From assembly GCF_006345805.1 (NCBI RefSeq), contig NC_042998.1:205530001-205594000 (forward strand): a DNA stretch of 64,000 nt. Direction: 5' to 3'. This DNA is from Octopus sinensis. Taxonomy: Eukaryota. Below, piece by piece: positions 62,343 to 64,000 of the stretch; position 1 is the first letter of the stretch, and every line of letters begins with the position of its first letter. The notes beneath the pieces are model-generated. The model was given only the letters and a program-made list of their open reading frames with translations, searched no databases and was not told the origin of the DNA. Both the position numbers and the translations under genes were made by a program.

Positions 62343-63671
62343 ATTTGGCGAATTTCGGGAAGCATGGAAGTTTTGAAGGATGTATTGTCCTGACAGCCAA
62401 CAACTGATGCGTGGAGATTATTTCATGCTTCAGCAATTCTGAGCACCACATTTCTTAAAAATCGTGGTAGAAGCCTTGGTCTTGGGACCACTCATGTCTA
62501 GAAACTGAGGTTGGGAGTAAGCAAGGGCATGCTCCCCATAGAAAATCCAGCTCAAAAAGGAGAATGGGCACCAGCCAGCCCAAAGGTTGGGGTGGGCTGC
62601 ACCTGCCTACCTCACTTGCTATGGCATTGAGGTAGATCTGGCCACCACTGTTAACGGGGACAAAACCCGGATTTAAAACATTGGGTGATGATAATGATGG
62701 ATGCTGTGTTGCTTTTTGATTTTGTATGTCCTGATGGACCAGGGGCTTTCCCTGTCTTCATATCCTTAATTGCTTTATCTTCTAAGCTACTGGATGAGGA
62801 CAGCTATATCAGAAAGTGCCAGCCTCTAATTGTGTAGAGAATGTTAGAAGGGGTAGACCAAGGAAGACAGGGGATGAAGTGGTGCGAAGGAATTTTCAGA
62901 CGTAGGGCTCCACAGGGATGATAAAGGACTGAGGCTTCTAGCAGTTTCCTGTGCTTGAGAAGACACATCGAGCTGAGTAAAATCATGGCTGTCCATGCAC
63001 ACAGCTGTGTCCTCAATATTTCTCTATCAACTGGAGAGATTCTAGTCTTACAGGCTTGTGGGTGCAGGTGCCACACACAAAGCACCCAGTCCACACTCTG
63101 TGAAGTGGTTGGCACATTAGGAAAGGCCTCCAGCCATGGAAACTATGTCAAAACAGATAAATGGAGCCAGGGGCAGCTCTCCAGCTGGCCAACCCCTGTC
63201 AAACCGTCCATCCCATGCCAGCATGGAGAATGGATGTTAAATGATGATGATGTCCATGAGTGTTAGACGTATGGAATTTGAAACAGGCCCCAAAATTTGT
63301 GGTCACTGATGAAGTGATACTATATACTAAAACTAGCTGAGTCAACCTCTCGACTCACAAAGAGAAAAAGTTGTGTTTTAACTTCAGTGTTTACTTAGAG
63401 CAATGCTGTGTTTTTACTGAAACAATACTTCTACAGAATTTCTCTCTCCCTCTCTTTTGTGTAGATAAGTATGTTTATATGTGTGTGTGTATGTTTGCAA
63501 TGTGTATTAATGTGTATGTGTGTAATTTTGACTTCACAAACAACAAGAGAAAAAAATACTCAAAACATAAGAAGTGTGTCGTTATCTATCACATGGTTGA
63601 ACGGACACTGATAACACTTAAAGATTAATACCAAATCCATCTTCTGGTTACTTAAAAAAATTATTATTATC

Positions 63672-63798
63672 TCAACTAACACTGTGGAGTTTTTGAAGTA
63701 GACCCAGCAGTAATACACCCCAACTGTGGATGACACCAGATAGCCCAAACTGTGCCAGTGCTCTGTTAAACACTTCAACAAACTGATCGACCACATAC
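63672..63798 (-). CDS. Candidate host coding exon, product unknown
   Basis: After ...ttttggactaatAG the frame reads YVVDQFVEVFNRALAQFGLSGVIHSWGVLLLGLLQKLHS(VS*), a protein-like stretch in unique sequence. Possible donor gttagt at 63680. Confidence 0.3.
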
Positions 63799-63855
63799 CT
63801 ATTAGTCCAAAATATTAAATATATATATATATATATATATGCATCTAATTCCTTT

Positions 63856-63896
<41 letters not shown>

Positions 63897-64000
63897 ATAG
63901 GGAGAGTTCACGAAAAAACCAAAAGACGAAGACAGGTGGTGTACAAAACAAACAGATGTATTAGTATAACACTCAGGAATAGAAAAAGTCTTTTACGTTT

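Overview
Eukaryotic, AT-rich, repeat-saturated DNA. The (TA)n/(CA)n/(TAA)n microsatellite load and the SINE/RTE repertoire look like an octopus (coleoid cephalopod) genome; this is inferred from repeat content, not verified. No host protein-coding gene can be identified with confidence, only a few candidate exons and a promoter-like patch. Most short ORFs in the track are microsatellite or antisense artefacts. The main feature is a near full-length CR1-clade LINE on the minus strand (about 25564-29490), with an uninterrupted 921-aa endonuclease/reverse transcriptase ORF2 and a polyglutamine ORF1. ORF2 has no usable AUG, lies in the -1 frame, and a canonical slippery heptamer G_GGA_AAC sits directly before the ORF1 stop codon, suggesting expression by -1 ribosomal frameshifting. 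Also present: decayed RTE LINEs with a PHD-like finger and a hairpin-array 3' UTR, R4/Dong-type LINE fragments inserted in (TAA)n, a Tx1/L1 relic, Penelope relics with minimal hammerhead-like ribozymes, a bounded non-autonomous Helitron containing a telomere-repeat-capped palindrome, a foldback Tc1/mariner element, piggyBac-type MITEs, tRNA-derived SINEs and nested insertions. Boundaries of decayed repeats were read by eye and are approximate.
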